The notes under the pieces: model-generated | What the model saw: the letters and a program-made list of their open reading frames with translations, nothing else | Databases searched by the model: none | What the model was told of the DNA's origin: nothing | Assembly: GCF_006345805.1 (NCBI RefSeq) | Contig: NC_042997.1 | Coordinates: 151,776,001 to 151,840,000, forward strand | Origin: Octopus sinensis | Lineage: Eukaryota | DNA length: 64,000 nt | Direction of reading: 5' to 3' | Shown here: one piece after another, positions 13,394-25,805 of the stretch | How the letters are laid out: every line of letters begins with the position of its first letter | How positions within the stretch are numbered: position 1 is the stretch's first letter | Position numbers and translations under genes: made by a program

Positions 13394-15522
13394 TTACTTA
13401 CTTGTGTCGAAAGTTTTGGCTTCCTCGTTCTTTGATGTGTCTTCGAGGAGGTTTCTATATAGTTTTTGGGACAGATATTTCTGGAAACCCCCTACAGCAT
13501 TTGGGAAGAGGGCTTTGAGTTTGTGGTGTTGTGTTTGTGTGATGTGTAGTATTTTGATGTGTTTGGGTGGTGTAGTGCGTGGATGATTGCTATTTTTAAA
13601 GTCATCTTCACAAATGTTTGTGTATCCTGTGATGTACTCCATTAGTTTGGAGTCTTTTGTGTCTATCGCTGATAGCATTGTTTTTGTGGTGTTGGTGCTT
13701 GTTTTGTTGTGTATGGAGTTTTCAGGGTTCAGGTATCTCCCTGCTTTGGTTGCGATTTCTTGTTTGGTTTTTCTTGATCTTTTTCTTTTACCCCCTGTGG
13801 CTATTTGCCATTCTGTCGAACTTTCATCGTTAGATGAAAAGTCTGACGAATCAGCAGGGGGCAAGGGTAAAGCGTCTGGGTGTGTTTGTGCGGTTGTAGA
13901 TATTGTTGTGGTGCGCGGGGAGGGTGTTGCTGGGGGGTTTGTTGTGGTTATTGTCTCTCCTACATCCTTGGTGCTTGTCTTCTTCGTTGTTATTCTTGGT
14001 GTTGGAATTGGTTTATTTGTTGTTGGTGGTGATGATTCTGTTCTTGGCGCTGGTGTTGGTGTTGTTTGGTTGGGTTGGTTTGTTCTTTGTTGTTTTTCCT
14101 GCATTTCCGCATACAGCTTCTTGACTAGCTGTCCATATTGTGGTGTGGGCAATAATCCTGGCTTTTGTGATTTTTCCTGTGGCTGTTGTTGTTGTTGTAA
14201 TTTTGCGGCAGATTTGCACTCCTTTTTGAGGTGTGCCTCACTGCCACATGTATAGCATCGTGGCCTTCTGCCCTCGACTACTACGTATAACTTGCGGCCA
14301 TCCTCAAGATGTACGTGGGTGGGGATTTTATTATGTCCTCTTGACTTATGTGGAAGAGGAACTCTATTCTCTTTCCCAGCCAGTCCTTGTTTTCCGAAAC
14401 ACCGATATCTAGGATGTTTATGTCCTCCATTTCGGATGTTACGGCGGATGTAATCCACAGTGTTGTAGTCACTTGGGGGACACCACTGATAATGACTTTC
14501 GTCACCTTCTGGCCGAGGTAACTCGGTGTCAACGTTAGTTCATCAGAATGAAGGGTTATCGTTGAGAATTTCTTCGCCAACTCTTCATTCTGAAAAACCA
14601 CCTGTACGTGTGCGAACTTGTTCGCCCAAGTCACACAATCCTTGTATCCCCAGATGGGGCGTAAGCACTTTTCGACTTTGTCTGTGCTTGCCTTTTCTGG
14701 ACTTTTGTTTTTTTATTTGTGATTTTATATACAATTGTCTTTTTTTTCCTCATTCAGTATGTGCTGAGGTATGTGTAAGAGTATTTTTCCGTTTTGATTT
14801 GTAATAAGGTTTCTGCAATCTTTAATCTGTTGTGTAGTAAACGAAACTTTTGTTACCTTTTCTTTTATCGCCTCGGCGAAGTTTGTTGTTGTTGTTTTGT
14901 TATTTGTTACTGCCGGTGGTGTTGGTGTTGATGGCAGGGGTGTGGGTTGTAGGTTTGTGGTTGCTGATTATGCAACTAGCAAGGGGTGGAAAATTGCCTG
15001 CGTAATTTAGTCCTGCATTAGCGCAAATTTCGGCATTTCGTTTGCTTGTCGTCGTTATTTTTTCACTTGTTGGTGATGGAGTGAGCAGTGGTTGAAGGGA
15101 ATTGTTGTTGTCGTCGTCGTCTGTTGTTGTTGTGTTGTTGTGTTGTTGTGTTGTTGTTGTTGTTGTTATTGTCGTTCTTGGTGACGGCGGTGGTGTTAGT
15201 AGTATTAGTAGCATTGACGGCACGGTCTTTGGTGGCGGTGATGGTGATGTTGGTATTGTTATTGGTGGCGACGTCTTTAGTAGGGATAGCAGTTTTAGTA
15301 GCAGATTCTGCCATGGTGTTGTTGTCGGGTTGGTGGTGGTGGTGGACTCACTGATGGTGTTGACGGTGCTTGGCCTTGCGACCTTTGTTTTGTATTTGTT
15401 GCTGTTGTCGATGTTGATGGTGGCGGAGTTGTCAGGTTCAGCGTAAGTAACAGAGCATCCTGTTTTTCTGCCTCTGCGTCACGGTTGACTTGCACCTCAG
15501 CCTCGTGGTGACCAGTGGCCAT
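13394..15522 (-). CDS. ORF1 (gag-like nucleic-acid-binding protein), ~700 aa, frameshifted in this sequence
   Basis: ATG at 15522 in ccaaaATGgcc context; T/N/P-rich N-terminus; RRM-like segment (VQVVFQNEELAKKF..PSYLGQKVTKVIISGVP); VVVEGRRPRCYTCGSEAHLKKEC zinc knuckle; basic GGKRKRSRK motif; TAA at 13394-13396. The exact N-terminal frame is ambiguous. Confidence 0.8.
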
Positions 15523-15745
15523 TTTGGAAATAAAATGGCTAAATGAAACCGCGAAGGCTATGAGAATTTTTTCTTTTAAATTTTGCCCACAAGGGGCAAA
15601 ATTTTGTGTAGATATTTATCAAAGGTTTACAGTGGATGTTGTTGCACAACTTTTAAACACAAAATATTTCACAATAAATAATTTTCAACGTACAAAATGA
15701 CCAACTTACGTGGAGCCCATTTGACTAGCGTCCGTCCGTCCGTCC

Positions 15746-15784
15746 ATAGATAGATAGATAGAGGGAGAGACAGACAGACAAATG

Positions 15785-15851
<67 letters not shown>

Positions 15852-15862
15852 TGATAGATAGA
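15746..15862. repeat. (TAGA)n array at the LINE 5' end
   Basis: Directly adjoins the 5' UTR; briefly interrupted by gagggagagacagacagac. Confidence 0.95.
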
Positions 15863-15957
15863 TACAAGTTCGGATGCATGTATGCCAGTATGTATGTGTA
15901 CATAGATTAAAAGCATATACACTTGGATGTGTTATATGTATATGTGTGATGTGTATG

Positions 15958-16002
<45 letters not shown>

Positions 16003-16159
16003 GACATATATACATCTCTCTCTTTCTCTCGCTCTCTCTCTCTCCCTATATACGTGCGTGTATGTATATATATACATATGTGTACACACAGACGTATATA
16101 TATATACATATACATATGTTTGTGTGTCTGTGTTTGCTACTCACCATCGCTTGAAAAAC

Positions 16160-16335
16160 CGAAGTTTGTGTGCTTACGTCCCCGTAATGTAGCGGTTCTG
16201 CAAAAGAACCGATAGAATAAGTAGGAGGCTTACAAAGAATAAGTCCTGGGGTCGATTTGTTCGATTAAAGGCGATGCTCCAGCATAGCCGCAGTCAAATG
16301 ACTGAAAACATAAAAGAATAAAAAGAAAAGAATAC
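16160..16335 (+). mobile_element. SINE-like family B, 3' part
   Basis: acgtccccgtaa..agcggttc..gatagaataagt..ggggtcgatttgttcg..gctccagcat..gcagtcaaatgactgaaa, homologous to rc of 63400-63560. Confidence 0.8.
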
Positions 16336-17245
16336 ATTTATGCTGGGCGGGGAGGGTTTTTGTTTTTGTTCTTTTTTTCATATAATTTTCTGTGAACAGA
16401 ACCGACAGAAAATTAACCCCAACATGCTGCATTCCCCAGAGTTTTTACAACGGTTTTGTTTTTGTTTTTGTTTTCTTGTTGAACTGAGAGACTGGTTTAT
16501 TAGTGACCCCCTCCATAATGTCCATTCTCCTTTTTATTAAATTTTACCAGGAGGTAGTGAGGTTATAGGGCCTTGCTTCGGTTCAGAGTAAATATGATAA
16601 ATTTTGTCCTATTATAAATGTTGTCCTATTATACGTTCTTCGTACAAATTTCGTCATGAGCAGCATGAAGAGATTTCTACTAAGACGGCCATGAATTATA
16701 TATCAACCAAGTACGGAGTAGATCAGATTAACCGTTCCCTTCACTCAAAGTTTAAATATATTATGTGTGCGTGTGTATGTCTAGTTATAATAAAAGATAT
16801 ACTCCTATATATCGGTTTATGCATATGCTTTTTTTTCATGTGTGGTTCCATCGACTATGCGTGTGCTTGTACCAATCTATAGCAACAAGTCTGACTGTGA
16901 GCCTTTGTTAGTATTTACGTATTCGAGTTCGCATATACTTCCATGCACATGTGTATGTTCTTTTACCATAAGATAAATTATTGCCCTCATATCATTAGAA
17001 GTATACTTTGATTTAATAGGTTGCTGTATGCTTATGCTTACCTCATATGTATTACTGTAGAAGTACGTGAGGCATCTGCGCATGTTCAAGCATATACTTG
17101 TATGTATATATATATTTGAATAAATAAATAAATAAATAAATATATATATATATATTCCTATATATATATATATAAATTCATATATAATACATTTATATAT
17201 ATCCATACATACATATAAACATATACATATAAACATATACATATA

Positions 17246-17279
<34 letters not shown>

Positions 17280-17431
17280 CATATGTATATACATGTATGT
17301 GTGTGCATGTTTGCGTATACATACGCTCATAGACACAATCAGACAGAAACACATGCACATACGTACATCTATATACATACATAGATGTGTATACATGTGT
17401 ATGTGTATTCATATACACAGATATGTTTGTA

Positions 17432-17462
<31 letters not shown>

Positions 17463-17989
17463 GATATATATTATATATATAATAAATATCTATACACACA
17501 CACATCTATATATATATATATATTATATATTATATAATATATATATTATATATATATATATGTATGTATGTATGTGTATATATATATATATATGAGAGAG
17601 AGGGGGAAAATGCGACAGACAGACTAGGAGAAAGCCCATATCAGTTGCAGTAGACAAATGCTCCGTGAAATTACTTCCGCTTAAGACAGAAAGAAGTCCT
17701 TGGAAGAGAAGCATCCTTAGAAAAGAAAAACTACAACGACTAATTTCAACTCATCTCCTACACACTTACCACAACAGTTCTATCACCGCCCCCACCCCTG
17801 CCCCACTCACTCATCTTTCACCAGCAGCACAGAATGTCACTTCGCCTACCAACACCGTTACCAGAAATTCCACCACCGACTCCATGCTCACCCTCCACCA
17901 TCGCCGCTTCACCCGCGACCACCTCCGTAACTATCTTTACAACTAACATCGCAAATGCTTTCAAAAACATCAACAGTACCACTACCCTC

Positions 17990-19015
17990 CCATAGTGAAG
18001 CCAAACCTCGAGCACATACACACACACACGCACACACACATACACACAAGCACACACATACACACACGTAGATAGATGCACATATACTCACACACACACA
18101 GAGCTAGACACATATACGCACCACACACATACACTGAGATAGACACACATACACAGACACAGACACACACATACACACTTAGATAGATACACACATTCTC
18201 ACACACACAAAAAGAGAGACGGACACATATACACACCGCGCACATACACACTTATATAAGATACACACATACATACACACGCACACACACAGATAGACAC
18301 ACATACATATAGAGACACATACAGACATACACATTTGTATAAGATTGACACACACACACTCACATACACACACACACAGATAGACTCACATACACACACA
18401 AATAGAGATAGACACACATACATACACACTTGTATAACTTAGACACATACATACACACATACGCACACGCATATACACACAGTCAGATAGGCACACAAAC
18501 ACATACACAGTCAGATAAGCACACACATGCACACACGCATAAGCACACACATACATACACACTTGTGTAAGGACGCTACAACTCTATGCAACAAATTCTC
18601 CTACTCCAAAGCAACAGAACCGTCATCTTTTGCTACTATGACAACGCCACCACCACTACAACCACCACCGACACTCTTACCACCCCCACCACCTCCACCA
18701 CAGCCACCACCACAACTTCCACCACCACTACCACCACCACAACTTCCACCAGCACCATCGCAAACGCCGCTGACACTACTGACAATACCACCACCACCAT
18801 CAACAACAACAACACTACTACTAACACCACGACCACAACAACAACACAACCACCACCACCACCACAACAACAAAAGTACTACTACTACTACTACTGCAAG
18901 CACCTTTACAACTGTTTCTAACACTACTGCCCTCACCATAACTATTGCTGCTACTAATACTATGACTACCACTGTTGCTGGTACTACAATTATTAATATT
19001 ATTATTATTATTATT

Positions 19016-19048
<33 letters not shown>

Positions 19049-19052
19049 CGTT

Positions 19053-19119
<67 letters not shown>

Positions 19120-19120
19120 A
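17990..19120. repeat. Degenerate (CA)n tract followed by CAC/CAA/TAC then TTG/TAG trinucleotide tracts
   Basis: Visible low-complexity arrays. Confidence 0.9.
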
Positions 19121-19789
19121 ATCTTTTACTCGGATAAAGCACGTACTTTCGAGACAAGCAAGTACAGATATACATACGTTCACACTTATATATGCTCTTA
19201 CGCTAACTCACAGAGATAAATCCTGTGCGTGCATGTATAAACATCAAAAAAGGTATACATATACATGCTGTGTATGCATACACATGCGGTGTATACACAG
19301 ACATGCATTTCTGCATGTGCAAAATACATGCATGCGCATGAAGTTATTCGCAAGCAAGGAGATGCCGACGCAGAGATTCTTAGAAGCACAGATCGCCCTG
19401 TTCCCTTATGCAAGCGCGGCAACATACCGATGCAGACACATGAAGCGCGTAACTCATATTGATACACTGATGTGCGCATACACATACGCATGGCTACACG
19501 AACACGCAAAGAATAACTAAACACACATACACACATAAACATGCACGATTGCACACACACACACACACACACATGATCAAGATATACGGATGCACACAAA
19601 CACAGGAGCACAGATACACGCACATGCTAAGACTGAATCTCCCACATTCAAAGTGCTGACTCATCAATATAATTTTCTGTCTTTCCGAAAATTTCCTTTC
19701 GTATCTCTTCATCTATGCAATGTGTACGTGCGCGGCGCGTGTGTGCACCCCTGTGTGGGTACATTAAAATATGAGCGTATATCTATTTG

Positions 19790-19806
19790 CTGTTATATAT
19801 ATATAG

Positions 19807-19838
<32 letters not shown>

Positions 19839-19876
19839 ATATTATATATTTATATATATATTTATATATAATTTAT

Positions 19877-19925
<49 letters not shown>

Positions 19926-20072
19926 AATATATATATTATATATATATATATATAATATATATTTACATACATATTATATATGTATATATATATATAATTT
20001 ATATATATATTATATGTATATATATATATATACACACACACATATATATATATATATTTATTTATATTAATA

Positions 20073-20116
<44 letters not shown>

Positions 20117-20216
20117 TATATATAATTTATATATATATGTGATTTATATATAATATATGTATATATACATATATAATACATATATATTTATATATATATA
20201 TATATCATATATATAA

Positions 20217-20261
<45 letters not shown>

Positions 20262-20400
20262 TGTGATGTGTATGTCTATATGTATATCTATGTATATATG
20301 AGCATAAAGATATATATATATATATATATATATTATATTATATTATATATATATGCATACATGTGTATATCTGTGTGTGTGTATGTACAGACATATACAT
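19790..20400. repeat. ~600 bp degenerate (TA)n tract
   Basis: Almost exclusively A/T. Confidence 0.95.
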
Positions 20401-20937
20401 ATCCATATAAATATATACACACGTAAATCACTCAGACTCTCATTCAATTTCATTTATTAATGTCTTTCTGACAGCTGAAAACTTTGCTCATTCATTCCTT
20501 TTCTTTTGTTTCATTTTCACTCTCATCCACTGTCCCTATTTCCCCCCTCCCCCTCCTCCTCTTCCTCCTGTCTCTCTCTCCTGTCTCACCCTCTCTCTCT
20601 CTCTATCTATCTATCTTCCATGTGTACTTCGCTTTGAATGTGTGTGTGTCAATGAGTGTGTGTGTGCACGTATATGTGTGTGCACGTACATATCTATCTA
20701 TGCATCTATCTATGCGTGTGTATGTGTGTGTGTGTGTGTGTATTTTATCTCACAAGATTTTAATCGAAATGTTTCGATGCAGATAACCTCGTATGTAATG
20801 GACAGAATGCGTAACACTAAGAAATGGTGCCATAACATTCATTTCCATTTCAGAAAAGAACATGCAAAACGCACTCACGCTCATACATACATACATATAC
20901 ACATACGCACATACACACATATAAACACCATATAATA

Positions 20938-20968
<31 letters not shown>

Positions 20969-21075
20969 GATATATATATATATATATACATATATATATG
21001 TAAGCATCTGCATATGTATACATACATATATATGCATACATATATATATATATATATTATATATATATATAATAA

Positions 21076-21106
<31 letters not shown>

Positions 21107-21117
21107 TATATACTTAT

Positions 21118-21159
<42 letters not shown>

Positions 21160-23159
21160 TCAGCAAGAATATAAGTATATTCATAGAGACGTTTGATTAG
21201 TATGCAAATTGCCTTCAACCCTGGCGTGCCTTTCTGGGAAATTGGTATGAAGATAATGGCTACAAACTAAACAAGGTAATAATATTGAAGTTCTAGAAGA
21301 CCACTGATTCTACAGTGGTATACCAAAAGTTTGTGTATTCCAGAGTGTTAAACCAAAAGTTGATCATCCGAAGGTCACTGGAACTGATAGTCTAGCTAAG
21401 CACGTCACGTGACAATATGAAATCAGTGTAATTGTACGGCTTTACTGCGTCGGTACTCACCAAACTCCCGATTTGAGTGTGCTGTCATCTGCATGTCACG
21501 GTTCATTCCTAATATCTGTTGGAGAAAGCATGCTCTCGTATAATGGTTATGAAATGCCTTGCAGTTTCTGCTTTAAATTGCTGGACTGTAGACTTTATTG
21601 GTCACTCAGATTTAAAATATCATCAACTTCAACGAAGTTTTCTGTTACATATAAAAATATGCATAAAATATGTACTGGGTTTGATTTGATCGATTAAATC
21701 CTTCTCAGCAATGCCCTAGTATTGATGCAGTCCAATGACTGTAACAAGTAAAGATGGAAGATAAAAGATCAATCAATAGCCAATGCAGTATTATTTAATA
21801 TTTGTCATATATGTAGTTCACTATGACTGCAAACTCTACCAAGGGGAATTTTGCCTTTCAACGTTTTTTTGAGTAGACAAAAAGCAATACTAAAACCGGG
21901 GTGGTGGACTGGTGAAACTGTAGCTTCGTCGGAAAAGATGTTTTGTAGTATTTTTTCCAGTTCTTTATTTTCTGAAATCAAATCCTCTCATGGCCTTCCT
22001 GAGCGACAGGCTAAATCCGTTCCCGTTTTAACACATCTACCTGGCATCCTCGGTGACTTTAGCAGAGTGTACTTTGATGCAAAATTTCGAATAAGATTTC
22101 CGGTTTAAAGATGACTTCCTCCTCCCTCTCATAATCTCGGAGTATTTTCAAAGGATCATTGACACCGCCTACCCTCCTGACAAAATAGATTAACCTAGTA
22201 ATAGAGGTTTCTAGAAACCAACACATGATGAAGTTGTTTTTGTTGCCACAACTCTACTCCAATTAAAACTTTGTTCCAAACTAAATCAATGTCTACAATT
22301 TCCAATGGTATCATAGGAATTGATGAAGATGATCACATAGTCTTCTTCGTTGACTCGAAATTTACTGTATTTAGTTCGATGTTGAAAATCATTAAACAGG
22401 AAGTAAGGTATCAATGAAGCCTAGGGCATAGTGAAAATTAAAACCAATATAACACTTGGTACATGAAGCCTGTTGCAGGGAACATATTGTTAAACAAAGA
22501 CTAAGCTCCATTATGTTCACGACCTAATTTCGATTTCCGTTTAATTCAATTCATCTCACGTGTTTTAGTATATTATTCATAAGAAAGAAAGCGGCAAGCT
22601 AGCAGAATGATTAGCATGCTAGACAAAATGCTCAACGGTATATCGCCGTCGCTACGTTCTGAGTTCAAAGTTCAGGCCTTGTACATTTAATAGAAAGGAT
22701 TACTCATAAGGAAATCAACGCAAGAACGTCATGAATTTCCATTTCGATTATCTGAGAGTGATCTATGAACACATGATCCAGTTTTGGTTTCAAATTAGAA
22801 CCACTTTGTCGTCGACAAACAAAGAATATTAGTAAATTTGCAAAGTCGAAGAAGTTATATGCATGGAGGGGTTAAGACGGTTTCTATGCTTTCAGAAGAT
22901 CTGCTAGAAATAGCAAGTAAATATTCTTCAAATAACATCCTCCCGTCTAAAAATAGAAGGATAAATTTGATCACCATTGTACGGTGCCTTGGAGAATGTT
23001 GGATAGACCACAACTGGAATGAATTTAATTATAGGCCCACTCGGTCAGAACTAACCTTTAACAAAACAACTAGTTAACAAATTTACAGACAACAATATAA
23101 ATATATGTGTGTATATATATAATTATATGTGTGCGTGAATGTGTGTGTGTGCGAGTGTG

Positions 23160-23450
23160 TGATGAAGCATGGTCTGGTGGCTAAGATGTTGCAATCATGG
23201 TAGCGAGATCGTAGTTTCAATTCTTAGACCGGATTGTACGTTGCGTTCCTGAGCAAAACATTTAATCTCACGCTGCTCTACGATCGCTTAGACACACGGT
23301 GTGTTGTACACCAAGCCCCTGTTCAGGCAACATTGATTTGATGGCTGGAGTGAGCTAATGTACAGCACATATATTTGGTCATTATAAATGAATTATTTGT
23401 GCAAGTCCTTCGGCAAAAGCTGAACACACATACGTCGTGTTCGACAAACG
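23160..23450 (+). mobile_element. tRNA-derived SINE with Meta/CORE-like centre (diverged)
   Basis: tggtctggtggctaag (A box-like), tagtttcaattc (B box-like), ttgcgttcctgagcaaaacatttaatctcacgctgctc related to 5640-5690. Confidence 0.55.
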
Positions 23451-23458
23451 GATATATA

Positions 23459-23499
<41 letters not shown>

Positions 23500-23529
23500 T
23501 ATATATATATACACATATATATATATATA

Positions 23530-23715
23530 GGGAGAATTCACAGAAAAAAAAAAACGGAGACAGGTGATGTAGACAACAAACTGATGTATTAGTATAACGC
23601 TCGGGAAGTGAAAAAGTCTATGGTCTCGAGCCTAATCTCTTCCACAGAAAGGAAAGGAACACAAAAAGAAACAGGAGAGAAAATAAAAAATGTGTAGTGG
23701 CTAGCGATCTATCAT
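23530..23715 (-). mobile_element. Short Penelope-type repeat with decayed hammerhead-like motif
   Basis: rc 23615-23650 reads cttt CTGTGGA a gag attag gctc GAGA ccat; related to rc 51225-51258. Confidence 0.5.
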
Positions 23716-23720
23716 GGCGA

Positions 23721-23764
<44 letters not shown>

Positions 23765-23785
23765 TATATATATACACACACATAT

Positions 23786-23860
<75 letters not shown>

Positions 23861-24256
23861 GTGCGTGTGTGTGTGTGTGTAAAATGTATCTATGTATTCA
23901 TAAGACCTTGTGAAAAATACAAGAAAATTGTTTTTAGAAGTATAAATAGAAAAATAAAGTGACACAAACCATTTGGAATTAATCTTTCGTTTTGTACATA
24001 AAAGCCTTTGATTATCAACTTCAATAATATGTGATATATGTGGACACAAACATATTTAAATTAGTGCGTTAATGCGCATATGTATGCAAGTGTAGACATC
24101 AATGAGGACAGACAATGTTTATATGAGCAAGTAATAGCATAAATGTAGTCTGTACATACATTTCCAGAAACTCTGTGGGCATGCATATGTAATGCATAAG
24201 ATCAAACGCATGCAAATCTCTGTATATACAAGTACGCATATGCATATGTATATATA

Positions 24257-24299
<43 letters not shown>

Positions 24300-24307
<8 letters not shown>

Positions 24308-24520
24308 TGAATCCAAACAAAGAAGAACAATCAAGAAAAAACAATAACGCGAGGACGTGGCACAAGTAATGTATTATCAGATGCTCAGGAGAGGAAGGAA
24401 AGTGGATTTAAAGTTTCGAGCCTTGCTCTTGTTCAGAAATAGAGGAAAGTCCAAAGGAAGGTAAGACGGAGGAATAAAATCATTAACGATATACACGCGG
24501 TCAATTTTGAAATATATATG

Positions 24521-24551
<31 letters not shown>

Positions 24552-24927
24552 GTGTGTATATATATATACATATATATATATACATATATATAAAATATTA
24601 TTAGAGACAAAACCACTATTTTGCAAAACAAACAAGGAAAGACTTAATCAATACATAAAATTTTAATAAATAGTCAAAAAAACCGCCACTACAATCGTTT
24701 CTTGTCTTGATCGACAATCTTCAGGTGGACTTCCAATAAGTCAGTTTCAAATTGACTATTTATTAAAATTTTATGTATTGATTAAGTCTTTCCTTGTTTG
24801 TTTTGCAAAATAGTGGTTTTGTCTCTAATAATATTTTATAATATTTTACTATAAAATTGGATTTAATCCTAAATCTGATTTTTTTCCCTGTAAATTTGGA
24901 TTTATTCCCTAATATTTATTATTATAC

Positions 24928-24930
<3 letters not shown>
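24300..24930 (-). mobile_element. Penelope-type non-autonomous palindromic element(s) carrying hammerhead motifs
   Basis: Perfect 87-bp inverted repeat 24591-24677/24752-24838 enclosing a hammerhead; a second decayed hammerhead at rc 24406-24440; homologous to 33455-33970. Confidence 0.7.
24686..24728 (-). ncRNA. Minimal type I hammerhead ribozyme
   Basis: rc = CCAC CTGAAGA TTGTC gatcaa GACAA GAAA C gatt GTA GTGG: stem I 4 bp, intact core, stem II 5 bp, short stem III, GUA cleavage triplet. Confidence 0.75.
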
Positions 24931-24985
<55 letters not shown>

Positions 24986-25290
24986 ATATATAATGCAAGG
25001 AAGAAAATGGAGAAGAGATTCAATTGACAAACATCAGGAAGATATAATTATTACAATCATAGGAATAAATAAATAAATACAACTCTACTCTTACAGCTAT
25101 TTCTACTTTTGGGGTCCAGTATGCCAAAGTTGGCACATCATACAAAAATTATACAAAATCTGAGCCGCAAAGCTTTATCAGAGAGTCCATAATGGTAAGA
25201 AGTAAAAAAAAAGTTAAGTCCAAGCTTAAATCCAGAAGTTGTGCGATCACATCATATTTCAATTTCAATTGAAATAGGAGGAGATCTCAC

Positions 25291-25805
25291 AACACAGGAA
25301 CATGTATCATACATCGAAATGAAGCTGGTCCTGTGTGGATTACATCCCTACTTCTCAACATAGCCCCTATTTCTCTCACTAGCAATGTTCCACCTTCGAA
25401 GGAGAGCATGAATCCCTAACCCGTAAAATTTTGTTAACTGTTCTTTGAGCCACTTCTTCACTACAGTTTTCACTTCCTCGTGACTGGAATGTTTGCGTCT
25501 CAACCCCTCTTACATGGAACCGAACAGATGATAGTCTAAAGGCGCTAAATTATTCCAGTGACGAGGAAGTGAAAACTGTAGCGAGGAAGTGCCTCAAAGG
25601 ACAGTCAACAGAATTTTTAGGGGCAGTGATACATGCTCTTATTCGAAGGTGGAATATTGCTATTGAGAGAAACGGTGACTATATTAAGAAGTAGGGAAGT
25701 GATCGACAGAGGACCAGTTTCATTTTGATGTATGATACATGTTCCTGTGTTTGTAATTAAACCTGTACTAAACAAAATGGCATTACTCTTTGACTCACCC
25801 TCGTA
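25291..25805. mobile_element. Head-to-head mariner 3' fragments forming a ~200 bp inverted repeat
   Basis: The + arm encodes SDEEVKTVARKCLKGQSTEF..IHALIRRWNIAIERNGDYIKK* (mariner C-terminus) and ends in a TIR-like ...tgactcaccctcg-TA. 25291-25490 is its diverged reverse complement. Confidence 0.85.

Larger units (their letters stand above)
9469..15745 (-). mobile_element. Apparently full-length L1/Tx1-clade non-LTR retrotransposon (~6.3 kb)
   Basis: 5' UTR, ORF1 with CCHC knuckle, 50-nt spacer, ORF2 EN-RT-zf, 3' UTR with AATAAA (rc 9475-9480) followed by (TATC)n. GC/CpG-rich compared with its flanks. Confidence 0.95.

Noticed and set aside
12214-14255. Long + strand ORFs (12214..12666, 13587..14255) antisense to the LINE
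   Set aside because: These are shadow frames of the GC-rich or repeat-rich sense ORFs; no recognisable motifs.
18527-19520. 230-aa Pro/Thr/Ser-rich ORF and overlapping ORFs
   Set aside because: They consist of CAC/CAA/TTG/TAG trinucleotide tracts, are open on both strands and show no domain or splice support.
21851-22140. Moderately GC-rich segment with ETS-like motifs and short ORFs
   Set aside because: No consistent splice sites or recognisable product.
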